A DNA stretch of 64,000 nucleotides, from positions 1,600,001-1,664,000 of the forward strand of contig CBDCYI010000005.1 in NCBI GenBank assembly GCA_965224085.1, read 5' to 3'. The stretch is from Candidatus Marinacidobacterales bacterium. Its GTDB lineage: Bacteria > Acidobacteriota > Vicinamibacteria > Marinacidobacterales > SMYC01. Positions 22,871 through 32,921 of the stretch are shown one piece after another; position 1 is the first letter of the stretch, and every line of letters begins with the position of its first letter. The notes under the pieces are model-generated. The model had not been told where the DNA came from and searched no databases. It saw nothing but the letters and a program-made list of their open reading frames with translations. Position numbers and translations under genes: made by a program.

Positions 22871-23889
22871 GCAACTTGCCTTGGATCATCTCGAATTCGG
22901 AGATGGAGCGGCCGAACGCCTCCCGAACGCCGAGCGAATCCAAGAGACTCCTTCAAGAGCACTTTCGCTCCGCCCACGCAGCCGGCCGCGAGTCCGAGGC
23001 GGCCTTCGTTCAAGACCTCGACCGCGACTTTGAACCCACCGCCCACGTCGCCGAGCACGTTCTCGACGGGGACGCGCACCGCGTTCATAGTTACCGTCGT
23101 CGTCGAGGAAGCGCGGAGTCCCAGCTTGTCCTCCGCCGGGCCCGTCGAAGCGCCGGCCATGTCCCGGGTCACGAGGAAAGCCGTGATCTGATTTCTTTCC
23201 TTGCCCCCCACGGTGACCACTCCGGTTCGGGCGAAAACGGTGAAGACGTCCGCGAAGCCGCCATTCGTGATCCAGATCTTGGTGCCGTTGAGCACGTAGT
23301 GCTTCCCGTCCTCGGTGAGCTCGGCGGTCGTGCTCAGATTGTTGGCGTCGGAGCCAGCCCCGGACTCGGTCAGCGCGAAGGCGGCGAAGCGCTCGCCGGA
23401 CGCGAGCGACGGCAGAAACCGCGCTTTCTGTTCCCGCGTTCCGAACATGAGAAGCGCCTTGATGCCGATTGAGAGATGCGCACCGATCGTCGCAACGGTT
23501 GAAGGATCGACGCCCGCGACGCGCTCCATGATCTGGCAGTAGGACCACACCGTCAGCCCGAGCCCTCCATACTCCTCAGGAACGACGAGTCCGAAAAGAC
23601 CCAGCTCCGCCAGGCCGTCGAGCACCTCTCTCGGGTAGTGCGCTTCGCGATCGAACCGCTCCGCGTCGATGTGCTCCGCGGCAAAACGGGTGAAGCTGTC
23701 GGTGATCGTCTCGACGATCTCCGCATCTTGGGACGGGGTTCTCGGGTAGGGCAGGATCCGCTCGGAGTCGATAGCACCGACAAACGCGGATTTGATGAAG
23801 CTTCGCTCGGTAGGGCTTTCCTCGGATTTGGCCTCGGATTTGGCCTCGGACTCGGCGTCGGGCCGGTCGTTCTTGGTTGGGTTTGGCAT
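22870..23889 (-). pseudogene. acyl-CoA dehydrogenase, 3'-truncated
   Basis: AFALTESGAGSDA, LNGTKIWITNG, KLGLRAS, LNEGR. Confidence 0.88.
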
Positions 23890-23954
23890 TGTCTGAAGAT
23901 AGGGCCGCCCCGAAGTCCTGGAGCGTCTTTAGAGCATCAAGGAGCCAAAACGCC

Positions 23955-24755
23955 CTAACGCGGCTTCAAGCTCGGCATCTCCCGCTTCTCATAGCCGGCC
24001 GGCACCTCGAAGAGGCGCGGGTCGAGCGCGCCGTGCGACACGGTCGAGACGACTTGCTCGGACGACACTTTGCCGCTGTCGTCGAGGTGGCGGACGCGCA
24101 CAGGCATGCCGTCGGGCATGTCGTCTTGGAACATTCCTGAATTGCCGAAGCGCTCGACCATGGACTGCATCGAGCTCTGCATCGCTTTCATGGTCGCGGT
24201 GTCGCTCGAGTCCATACCCATCGCTCCGCCAGAAGCGAGACAAACCTCACGAACTTTCTTGGCGCCTTCGAAAGCGTCGTACCAGCGGCAATCGATGCCG
24301 GCCGCAGAGCCGCTATCACCGCGGGCTTCGTAGCGGGTCGGTTCCTTTTCCTGCATTTGCGACATCGGCTGTCCCATCTTGCTCATCATGGCCTTCATTT
24401 GCTCGCGCTGGGCCTCCGGCATCTGCGCCATCCGCTCTTCGAGCTGCGCCATCATTTGCTTCTGCATCTCCGAGGCTTGACCCATCATCTCGCCCGCCGT
24501 TTCGGGGTCGAAAATCATGTAGGACTTCTGGTCGTTCTCGATCGCGTAGAACGTGTTTTCGCTCTGGTGGAACAAAACAACGGTGTCTCCCGCCCGCGAC
24601 GGCTCCATCCGAACTTTCCCTGTGGTGATCATGACGGCCTGCGACTCGGCGGGCTTGCCGGGTTCGGCGTGCTGGATTTCCAGTTTGGTGTCGGCGAGCG
24701 CCGCCACCGAGACGCCGAAGCACATAGCCGCGGCACGCATCACGTTCTTCAACAC
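23955..24755 (-). CDS. secreted protein, DUF4412-like
   Basis: Signal peptide; Met/Gln-rich helix; C-terminal LFEVPAGY. Confidence 0.6.
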   Translation of the reverse strand: MLKNVMRAAAMCFGVSVAALADTKLEIQHAEPGKPAESQAVMITTGKVRMEPSRAGDTVVLFHQSENTFYAIENDQKSYMIFDPETAGEMMGQASEMQKQMMAQLEERMAQMPEAQREQMKAMMSKMGQPMSQMQEKEPTRYEARGDSGSAAGIDCRWYDAFEGAKKVREVCLASGGAMGMDSSDTATMKAMQSSMQSMVERFGNSGMFQDDMPDGMPVRVRHLDDSGKVSSEQVVSTVSHGALDPRLFEVPAGYEKREMPSLKPR

Positions 24756-24898
24756 GGTAATGTCCCCTTTCGGAAATGCCCGAGGTTCAGTTGGTGCAGT
24801 GTCGTCTATTGTCTCTGTTTTTCTCCGAAACGCAAGCCCCGCGCTGGAACGGCGTCCGCGCGAGCGCGCAACGCCTGTTGGACATCACGGCCCCGACA

Positions 24899-24937
24899 GT
24901 TGACTAATTATGCATATTGATCTAATATTTATGCATG
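24899..24937 (+). promoter_or_regulatory. tandem ARG boxes overlapping a sigma70 promoter
   Basis: GTTGACTAATTATGCATA-ttg-ATCTAATATTTATGCATG (18+3+18 bp); -35 TTGACT at 24900, 17 bp spacer, -10 TAATAT at 24923. Confidence 0.85.
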
Positions 24938-25010
24938 AAAGGGATGTCATGAGACACGTGGGCGCGGACGAGATTGCCTCTGTCGCCCAGAGCTGCGGGC
25001 TGGCGGGCCC

Positions 25011-26093
25011 ATGAGTCGAGGGATCGACACTATCTTGCTCGGTGGCTCCGGCTACGTCGCCGGAGAGCTCTTGCGTCTCATCCACGCGCATCCCGATCTC
25101 GAGCTCAAAGCCGCCATCTCGGGAAGTCAGGTGGACCAGACGCTCGAGAGCGTGTTCCCGCATCTTCACGCGAGCTTCGATGGTCATCGTTTTCAACCGG
25201 TAGAATCCATCCCGCGGCTCATCGAAGAAGCTAGTGGTCGGGTGGCCGTATTTTCCGCCGCCGCGCACGGAGCTTCGGCCGCGCTCGTGAACGACGTTTT
25301 TCAGGCGGCGAAGGACCCTGCCGCAGTACATGTCGTCGATATGTCTGCGGACTTCCGCTACGCGAGCGCCAAAGCCTATGAAGCTGTCTACGGTCACCCG
25401 CACGGCGCTCCCGACCTATTGTCGTTGTTCACCTGCGCGCTTCCCGAGCATCCCCCCGAGCATCCCCCCGAGCATCCTAACGACACGCCGCGTCATGTCG
25501 GGCATCCCGGCTGCTTCGCGACGGCGCTTCTTCTTGCGATCGTGCCGCTCTTGAAGCTCGGCGTGGTGGAGCCCGATCTCTACGCGGTGGGCATCACGGG
25601 AAGCACGGGCTCCGGAGGCTCGCCGAAATCGACGACGCACCATCCGTTTCGCCACAGCAACCTCTTTGCCTATAAACCGCTCGCGCACCGTCACGTTCCC
25701 GAAGTCACGGTGCTCTCCGAGCGCGCCTCGGGCATACGACCTGCGGTTCATTTCGTCCCGCATTCCGGGCCGTTCGCGCGCGGCATCCACGTTACCGTGC
25801 AAGGCACGCTGCGCACCGAGCTCACCGGGGCCGAGATCGCGGCCGAGCTCAACGCGTTCTATGCGGAGGCACCCTTCGTGCGCGTCGTCGACCGAACGCC
25901 GCGCGTGAAAGATATCGTCGGTAGCAATTACGCGCAGCTCGGCGTCGCCTCCGACGGCGAGACCGTCGCTGTGATGTCCGTCATTGACAATCTCACCAAA
26001 GGGGCCGCGGGCGGCGCGGTGCAGTGGATGAACCGACTTCTCGGACTTCCGGAAACGACCGGACTCACTATCACGGGCGCCGGCTGGGTCTAG
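25011..26093 (+). CDS. argC: N-acyl-gamma-glutamyl-phosphate reductase
   Basis: GGSGYVAGEL, DMSADFR, HPGCF, DNLTKGAAG. Confidence 0.93.
   Translation: MSRGIDTILLGGSGYVAGELLRLIHAHPDLELKAAISGSQVDQTLESVFPHLHASFDGHRFQPVESIPRLIEEASGRVAVFSAAAHGASAALVNDVFQAAKDPAAVHVVDMSADFRYASAKAYEAVYGHPHGAPDLLSLFTCALPEHPPEHPPEHPNDTPRHVGHPGCFATALLLAIVPLLKLGVVEPDLYAVGITGSTGSGGSPKSTTHHPFRHSNLFAYKPLAHRHVPEVTVLSERASGIRPAVHFVPHSGPFARGIHVTVQGTLRTELTGAEIAAELNAFYAEAPFVRVVDRTPRVKDIVGSNYAQLGVASDGETVAVMSVIDNLTKGAAGGAVQWMNRLLGLPETTGLTITGAGWV
25443..25477 (+). repeat. 12-bp tandem repeat x3 encoding PEHP in argC
   Basis: cccgagcatccc units. Confidence 0.8.
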
Positions 26094-26095
26094 GC

Positions 26096-27241
26096 ATGCC
26101 CGCGGCTACGTCACCCCTATTCGACGTTTATGCGCAGCTGCCCTTAGAGCCGGTCTCCGCCGAGGGCGTGCACCTTCGCACCGCCGCGGGCCGAAAAATT
26201 CTCGACCTTTACGGAGGCCATGCCGTTGCGTGTCTCGGCTTCGGCCATCCTCGCGTCGTCGAGACGCTGGCGCGGCAAGCGAAAGAGCTGACGTTCCAGA
26301 CGAACGCCGTGCCGCTCGAAGTGCGTGAGCGCGCCGCGGCGCGTCTTTTGTCGTTTGCGCCCGAAGGCTTCGAGCGTGTCTTCTTCGTCAACAGTGGCGC
26401 CGAGGCGAACGAGAACGCGCTCCGTCTCGCGTTCATCGGCTCTAATCGCCAGAAAGTCGTTGCCGTCGAGCACGGGTTCCATGGGCGAAGCTCCGCGGCC
26501 GCGGCGGTGAGCTGGGGCGCACGCGAGAAGTGGTACGCCTTCCCGCAAGCGCCGTTCGCGGTGCGTTTCGTCCCGCGTAACGACGCCACGGCTCTAGCGC
26601 GCGCCATCGACGCCGACACGGCCGCCGTGATTGTCGAGCCTGTGCAGGGCATGGCCGGTGCTTTCGAATTCGAGCCTCGCTTTCTGACGGCGATGCGCGA
26701 GGCGTGCACCGCGACGGGAGCGCTTCTCATCTTCGACGAAGTACAGTGCGGCGTCGGCCGCACGGGTTTTGCCTTCGCCGCAGAGCGCTCTGACGTGCTC
26801 CCTGACATTCTGACGACCGCCAAGTCCCTCGCGGCAGGATTTCCAGTCGGCGCGGTGATAGCGACCGAGGCGGCAGCGAGTCGTGCTGGACGCGGCAGCT
26901 TGGGCACGACTTTCGGCGGCGGGCCGATGGCCTGTGCGCTCGTCGAGACGGTCATCGACACGATCGAGACCGAGAAGCTTCTCGACAACGTCCAGACGCT
27001 CTCGGAACGGATCCGCTCGACCTGCCGCGTTGGTCCGGTAAAGCGCATCCGTGGTGCGGGTTTTCTCCTGGGTCTCGAATGCGAACGGCCCGCCGCCGAA
27101 GTGCGCGACGCGCTTCTCGCTCGGGACATTCTCGTTGGCACGAGCACGGATCCTGCCGGAAACGTCGTGCGCTTGATGCCGCCTCTGACGCTCGAAGCCG
27201 AGCACGTCGCCGCTCTCGCGGGCGCTCTCGCGGAGCTCTAG
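26096..27241 (+). CDS. argD: acyl-ornithine aminotransferase
   Basis: NSGAEANE, EPVQG, DEVQCGVGRTG, AKSLAAG. Confidence 0.9.
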   Translation: MPAATSPLFDVYAQLPLEPVSAEGVHLRTAAGRKILDLYGGHAVACLGFGHPRVVETLARQAKELTFQTNAVPLEVRERAAARLLSFAPEGFERVFFVNSGAEANENALRLAFIGSNRQKVVAVEHGFHGRSSAAAAVSWGAREKWYAFPQAPFAVRFVPRNDATALARAIDADTAAVIVEPVQGMAGAFEFEPRFLTAMREACTATGALLIFDEVQCGVGRTGFAFAAERSDVLPDILTTAKSLAAGFPVGAVIATEAAASRAGRGSLGTTFGGGPMACALVETVIDTIETEKLLDNVQTLSERIRSTCRVGPVKRIRGAGFLLGLECERPAAEVRDALLARDILVGTSTDPAGNVVRLMPPLTLEAEHVAALAGALAEL

Positions 27242-27245
27242 ATTG

Positions 27246-28259
27246 ATGGACGGCTTCAACGACCTCGGCGACTTCCCTGCCGTGGCCATCGATGAGCTTC
27301 TCGCCCTCGCGAAACGACTCGAAACCCACCCCGAGCCCCGCGCGCTCGAAGGCAAAGTCTTGGCGCTGTTGTTCCTGAGCCCGTCTCTTCGGACGCAGAC
27401 GTCGTTTCAAGCTGCGATGGCGCGCCTCGGCGGGAGCTCTTTCATCGTCTCACCCGACCGCGGTATCCACGGCTTGGAGATGCGATCGGGCGTCGTAATG
27501 GATGGCGACGCCGCCGAGCACATCCGTGACGCGCTCCCCGTGCTCGCCTCTTACGGTGATGCCTTCGGCATCCGCGCTTTCGCGAGCAAAGCATCGCTCG
27601 AGGCCGATATCGAAGATCGCGACTTCGAAATGTTTCGTAAGCTCTCAACGGTTCCCGTCATTAATATGGAGTCCGCCATCCGGCATCCGTGCCAGAGCCT
27701 CGCAGACTGGAAGACGATGGACGAGATCGGTGTGCCCCGTGCGGGCGGCAAGTTCGTGCTCAGCTGGGCCAACCATCCCAAAGCGCTCCCGCTCGCCGTA
27801 CCCGCGTCCACCGCGCACATGGCGGCGATGCGGGGTATGGACGTCACCGTGCTGCGGCCGGAAGGCTTCGCCCTCCCGGATGCCGTCATGGCTCGCGCGC
27901 GCACTGCCGCGAACGCGAGCGGCGGATCCGTGCGGGAGAGCGATGTCCCCCGCGAGGCGCTCTCGGGAGCCCACGTCGTCTACGCCAAAGCTTGGTCGTC
28001 AGCCTTGACCTACGTGGACGCGGAGGCGGAAGCGGAGCTCAAGAAAGATCTGAAAAGCTGGTGCGTCGATGAGCTCTGGTTCAACGGGGCCGAGGCCGAC
28101 TGCCGCTTCATGCACTGCCTTCCGGTCCGGCGCGGCGTCGTCGTCACCGAAAAAGTGCTCGAAGGGCCGCGCAGCGTCGTCATCCAACAGGCCGGCAATC
28201 GGATGCGCGTCCAGATGGCCGTGCTCCACGAAATCCTCGCCGGACAGGAGGCCACGTGA
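27246..28259 (+). CDS. argF: N-acyl(acetyl/succinyl)-ornithine carbamoyltransferase (ArgF')
   Basis: SLRT, HPCQ, HPKALP, HCLPVRRG motifs of the AOTCase/SOTCase branch. Confidence 0.88.
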   Translation: MDGFNDLGDFPAVAIDELLALAKRLETHPEPRALEGKVLALLFLSPSLRTQTSFQAAMARLGGSSFIVSPDRGIHGLEMRSGVVMDGDAAEHIRDALPVLASYGDAFGIRAFASKASLEADIEDRDFEMFRKLSTVPVINMESAIRHPCQSLADWKTMDEIGVPRAGGKFVLSWANHPKALPLAVPASTAHMAAMRGMDVTVLRPEGFALPDAVMARARTAANASGGSVRESDVPREALSGAHVVYAKAWSSALTYVDAEAEAELKKDLKSWCVDELWFNGAEADCRFMHCLPVRRGVVVTEKVLEGPRSVVIQQAGNRMRVQMAVLHEILAGQEAT

Positions 28260-29218
28260 AGAATGTGAAATCTGCGACGGAGCGGGCCATCGTCGTCACG
28301 GCGCTCAAGCAAGCGACGCCCTATATCCGCATGTACAAAGGAAAGACCTTCGTCCTCAAAGCCGGCGGCGCGATCTTCGCGAGCCACGCGCCGACGCGGG
28401 CTTTCATCGAGCAAGTCGCGCTCTTGCACCAGCTCGGCGTGCGCCTCGTGTTTGTGCACGGAGGCGGCCCGCAATCGACCGAGCTCGGCAAAGCGCTCGG
28501 CCTCGACACCCAGATAGTGGACGGCCGCCGCGTCACTGACGAGCAGTCGCTCGAAGTGATGACGATGGTCTTGAACGGGCTCATCAATACGCGCGTTCTC
28601 GCAGCTTGCCGCGATCTGGACGTGCCCGCGGTCGGTGTCAGCGGCGTCGATGCCGGGCTCATCCGCGCGTCAAAGCGGCCTCCCGTGGTGATGAACGAAA
28701 GAGATGCGCCCGTCGACTTCGGTTTCGTCGGCGATATCCAAAACGTCGATGTCGACGTGCTCGAAAAGCAGATCGACCTCGGCTTTCTGCCTGTCGTGAG
28801 CCCGCTTTCCGCGGACAGCTCGGGAACGCTCCTCAACATCAACGCCGACACGGTGGCTGCGGCGATCGCAGTGGGCTTGAAGGCAGAGAAGCTCGTCCTT
28901 GCGACGGGGGCCCCCGGTATCCTCGAAGACGCCAAGGACCCCGACTCGCTCGTCTCCTATCTCGACCTCGCCGGCTTGAGGCGAATGCGCGACAACGGCA
29001 GTCTCTCGGAAGGCATGATGCCGAAAGCGAGCGCTATCGAGTCTGCGCTCGAAGGCGGTGTCAACCGCGTGCACATCATCTCATTCAACGAGCCCGACAG
29101 CTTGCTACTCGAAGTCTTCACGAACGAGGGCAGGGGCACGATGGTGGTCGATCGTACGGAAAGCCTCAAACCGGAAGAGCGCGTGACACTGAGTCGTTAT
29201 AGCGAGCGAACGCGCTGA
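28256..29218 (+). CDS. argB: acylglutamate kinase
   Basis: VLKAGG, VHGGGP, NINAD, GMMPK. Confidence 0.93.
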   Translation: MKNVKSATERAIVVTALKQATPYIRMYKGKTFVLKAGGAIFASHAPTRAFIEQVALLHQLGVRLVFVHGGGPQSTELGKALGLDTQIVDGRRVTDEQSLEVMTMVLNGLINTRVLAACRDLDVPAVGVSGVDAGLIRASKRPPVVMNERDAPVDFGFVGDIQNVDVDVLEKQIDLGFLPVVSPLSADSSGTLLNINADTVAAAIAVGLKAEKLVLATGAPGILEDAKDPDSLVSYLDLAGLRRMRDNGSLSEGMMPKASAIESALEGGVNRVHIISFNEPDSLLLEVFTNEGRGTMVVDRTESLKPEERVTLSRYSERTR

Positions 29219-29288
29219 TAGAGCGCTCTACCGTTCGCGATTCGTGAACGGTGTTCTCAAGACGGGCTCTGGCTTTCGGACGGTTTGG

Positions 29289-30375
29289 TGCCTTGGTGCA
29301 CAACTCGCGATCTAGGTCCACAATTGTCCTGTACTCGCGGATACGAGGTTCCCCATGAGCATTTTCAAACGCACTCAGCGGAAGTATGTGAAGAAGGCCT
29401 ATCGCGTGAGGAATTGGCGTGAATATGAGGCGGGTCTACGCAACCGCGGGAGCCTGACCGTCTGGATCTCGCTCACCGCCGGCAAGCTTGTGAACTGGGA
29501 CGCGCCCCGGCCAAGGAGGAGGAAACCGGGCCGTCAACGCAAGTACTCGAACCACGCCATCGAGACGGCTGTCACCCTGGGCATGGTGTTTCATCTGTCG
29601 TCTAGGCAGAGCGAGGGATTGCTGCGATCGTTGTTCGCTCTGATGAAGCTAGACAATGATGTGCCCGATCACACCACGATCTCGAGGCGCAAGGCGAAGC
29701 TGGGTAAGGTCCCCTTCTACCAAGACAAGCAGAAGACGCCGTTGCACATCTTGATCGACAGCAGCGGTCTCGCTGTCCACGCCGGCCAGCTGCGCAGAGC
29801 ACCAAATAGCAGGGACTATCGCAAGCTCCATCTGTGTGTCGACGAGCAGAGTGGCGAAGTCGTCGCCGGCGAGCTGACGAGCAAAAGAGCCCGCGATTCA
29901 TCGCGGGTTGCATCGCTTGTCGGACAGAGCGACAGTCCCATCTCATCGGCCAGAGCTGACACCGCATACGACGCCAGCGGCGTCTATGAGGCAATCGAGA
30001 ATCACAGCGCTCATCGCTCGCCGAGGGTGCTGATACCGCCGCGCAAGGGCGCCCAGCTCGCATCGGGGCCGGCGAGCAGCCGACAGCGCAATCGCAACAT
30101 TGCAGCACAAGCTCGGCTCGGCAAACGAAAGTGGCACACAGAATCGGGCTACAGCAAACGGAGCAAAGTCGAGACAACGTTCCATCGCTACAAGGCTATC
30201 GTGGGCTCAGCGATGCGAGCGAGAGGGTTGGCGGCACAGAGAGTCGAGGCAAGGATCGGGTGCAAGATTCTCCACACCATGACGGCGCTCGGGATGCCTG
30301 ATAGCGAGATGATCGGATGATGGGAGCCGGGGCCAAGCGAGTTCTCGGCCTCTATCGGAGTTGTGCACCAAGGCA
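29289..30375 (+). mobile_element. IS5 family (IS903-like) copy 1, 1087 bp; transposase 29355-30320
   Basis: TIR TGCCTTGGTGCACAACTC; NWREYEAGLRNRGSLT, IDSSG, RKLH, RSKVET. Confidence 0.93.
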
Positions 30376-30697
30376 CCTCCTCGCCGCTCAAGATATCGGG
30401 TAACGTGCGAGGTTTCTTGGGCCAAGGAATCTTCGCCACCTCCTCCGGGCGGTTGAGTGTGGTTGCGTAGAGAAACTTGAGAGAGGCGACGTACATGTGG
30501 TGGCTGGCCGGAGAGGCCTTCTTCTCGTTAACGAGATGAATCAGATAATCGCGGGTCTCCGGCTCGCCCATCTCGGCGGGTGAGCGCATGTAATGTGCCG
30601 CGAAATGGCGCGCTCGCAGCAGATACTCCTCCTGCGTGGAGCGTGCGAACCCCTTCAGTTTCATGTCGGCAAGCATTTTTTCGCTAAGGCATCCCAT
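30376..30697 (-). pseudogene. tyrosine integrase N-terminal (SAM-like) part of an integrase/IS91-type element, truncated by IS5
   Basis: MLADMKLKGFARSTQEEY...LKFLY...LPDILS. Confidence 0.8.
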
Positions 30698-31064
30698 GAT
30701 TATTCCTCCAGTGATTTAGCAGACGACGACCATCGCCGCCCGCGGGGGACAGGGATGATGCCATGTGTGAGAGAGCGGTTCCGAGAAACGCAGGACTCGT
30801 TGTCCAGAGCGAAGATCGAACGAATGAAGACGACGGCGAAGCCGTCCTCCTTAATCCCTTCTGGCTCCCGTGGCCCGGAAAAACAAGGGAAACGGGTTAG
30901 AGGCGAGTGAGTTCACCGCGGCTGGCTTGCCGTGCAAAACCCGGAGTCCGGAGCCCCTGCCGGAGGCACCCGTCCGCCCATCGCCCATAGTGACTCGCAT
31001 CACGGCGCGTAGGTTGTGTCCAGGGCGGCGCAGCCGGCGCGCGAAGCGCGCGAAACCCTTGACA

Positions 31065-31195
31065 GAAGGGCGATGGGCTGCGGCGAAAAAGGCGCAGGCA
31101 AAATGCCCCCAGTTTGACACGACCTGCGCGCCGTGATTCCCTGGAAGGGCGATGGGCTGCGGCGAAAAAGGCGCAGGCAAAATGCCCCCAGTTTG
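31065..31195. repeat. two identical 52-bp direct repeats with a 27-bp spacer
   Basis: GAAGGGCGATGGGCTGCGGCGAAAAAGGCGCAGGCAAAATGCCCCCAGTTTG at 31065-31116 and 31144-31195. Confidence 0.92.
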
Positions 31196-31247
31196 GCTCA
31201 CCAGTTCGGGAGAGCTTGCAGGTCCCGCCGCCGCGCGAGCGGCTTAG

Positions 31248-31787
31248 TGTCTCTTCCGGGGATGGTCGAAACCCCTCGCCTTTAGGCGAAGAGAAGATCG
31301 TGGTATTGTGGTCGCGTGCGTCACTACAGGCACGGAGCGCACACGAAAACGGACCTAAAAGCGCACATCGTTTGGATACCGAAATATCGTAAAAAGGTTT
31401 TGATCGGTCCAGTAGCGGTTCGTGTGCGCGATCTGATTCGTCAGATCGCGATGGAACATGAGCTGCACATAATCTCGGGTAAGGTTGCACGCGACCACGT
31501 CCACGTGTTCGTATCCTACCGACCACACCAGGACCTGAGTACGATCGTGCAGTGGCTAAAAGGAATAAGCTCCCGAGTACTCCTTCAGGAGTTTGCTCAC
31601 CTGAGGAAGAAGTTTTGGGGCCGGCACTTCTGGGCCCGAGGATATCTGGCGGTGAGTTCAGGAAGCATAACGGACGAGATGGTAAAGGAGTACATAGACT
31701 CCCAGGATGGCGAGCCTCTTCACGACGACAGTCAATTTCCAATTGACAGCCCTTGAAGCCACCGCCTTCTAGGCGGTGGTTGTTCAC
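31248..31787 (+). mobile_element. tnpA: IS200-type element (tnpA 31316-31756), no tnpB
   Basis: HUH motif DHVH, HIVWIPKYR, FWARGY; subterminal hairpins; 5' TTAG target and right end TCAC. Confidence 0.9.
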
Positions 31788-31832
31788 TTCAATAGGCGTG
31801 GTTCTTTTTTTTAATAGACAAAGGCGCATTCT

Positions 31833-32921
31833 ATGTATCTACAGCATTACGGTTTTCGGGATAAGCCTTTCAAACTCACCCACGACCCCGCCTATTACTA
31901 CGGAGAAGCGCACCAAGTTGCGCTGAACGAGCTCTGTTACTCCATCGAGGAACGCCATGGTTTGGCGATCCTTCTCGGAGAGCCCGGCACTGGGAAGACG
32001 ACGCTGCTCCTGCGGCTTCTACGAAGCTTCGCACGTCACTTGAGCGGCGTGTTTTTGTCGGACGTCGCGGTAGGCGAAGCCTCGCTGATTCGCCAAGTCG
32101 CCCGAGCCTTGCTGATCCCCTACAAGCCCCAGGATTCAACGGACACGGTGGCGCAATACCTGGACATCTTTCTCCGGGGCCAAGCCACCGCGGGTAAAAC
32201 GGTTGTGGTATTGGTCGACGAAGCCCAGGGTCTGATGGATGGGCAATTCGAAGAGCTGCGTCTGTTGACGAACCTGAAGCACAAAAGCCGCAAGCTCGTG
32301 GAGATCGTGCTGGCCGGCTTGCCCTCGCTCGAGCGCAAGTTCCATACACCTGATTTCGAGTCTCTCAACCAGCGTGCCGTCGTGCGGTGCTGGGTCGAGC
32401 CCATGGATCTCCAAAATACCGAAGCCTATATTCGGCACCGCCTCGACGTCGTCGGAGCCCCCAATCCGAACATGTTCGCCGGAGACGCTGTCGAACGTGT
32501 GCACCAGTCGTCGATTGGCATCGCGCGCCTCGTCAATATCGTCTGCGAGCGCACCCTTCTTATCGGCTACGTCGATGAGCAGCAAGTCCTCAAAGCCGAG
32601 CATGTCGATCAGGCGGTCGCGGACTTGAACCTCAAGCCGCTGGGCGATCGAGACCAGCAAACAGGCGCGCTCGGCTTCGAAGGGAATCTACTGCTCCGGA
32701 TGGCGTCGCAGCTCGACTCTATCGTGAAAAGGCTGGACCAGCTCGAGGTGCCTCAGAAACTCGCCACGGACATGCGAGAGCCCCCAGAAGGGCCGCGGAT
32801 CCGGCAGTGGCTCAAATCGTTACGCCAGAATCCTTTAAAGAAGGTCCACCAGACCGCGGAGCCGCTCGACGAGCTCATAGATTCTCCGGTGGCGCTCAAA
32901 CCGGCAAAGACCGAGCATTAG
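31833..32921 (+). CDS. ExeA/GspA-like AAA ATPase
   Basis: MYLQHYGFRDKPF, GEPGTGKT, VDEAQ. Confidence 0.88.
   Translation: MYLQHYGFRDKPFKLTHDPAYYYGEAHQVALNELCYSIEERHGLAILLGEPGTGKTTLLLRLLRSFARHLSGVFLSDVAVGEASLIRQVARALLIPYKPQDSTDTVAQYLDIFLRGQATAGKTVVVLVDEAQGLMDGQFEELRLLTNLKHKSRKLVEIVLAGLPSLERKFHTPDFESLNQRAVVRCWVEPMDLQNTEAYIRHRLDVVGAPNPNMFAGDAVERVHQSSIGIARLVNIVCERTLLIGYVDEQQVLKAEHVDQAVADLNLKPLGDRDQQTGALGFEGNLLLRMASQLDSIVKRLDQLEVPQKLATDMREPPEGPRIRQWLKSLRQNPLKKVHQTAEPLDELIDSPVALKPAKTEH

Noticed and set aside
31065-31195. CRISPR array
   Set aside because: Only two units, 52 bp long, and no cas genes; kept as a repeat finding.
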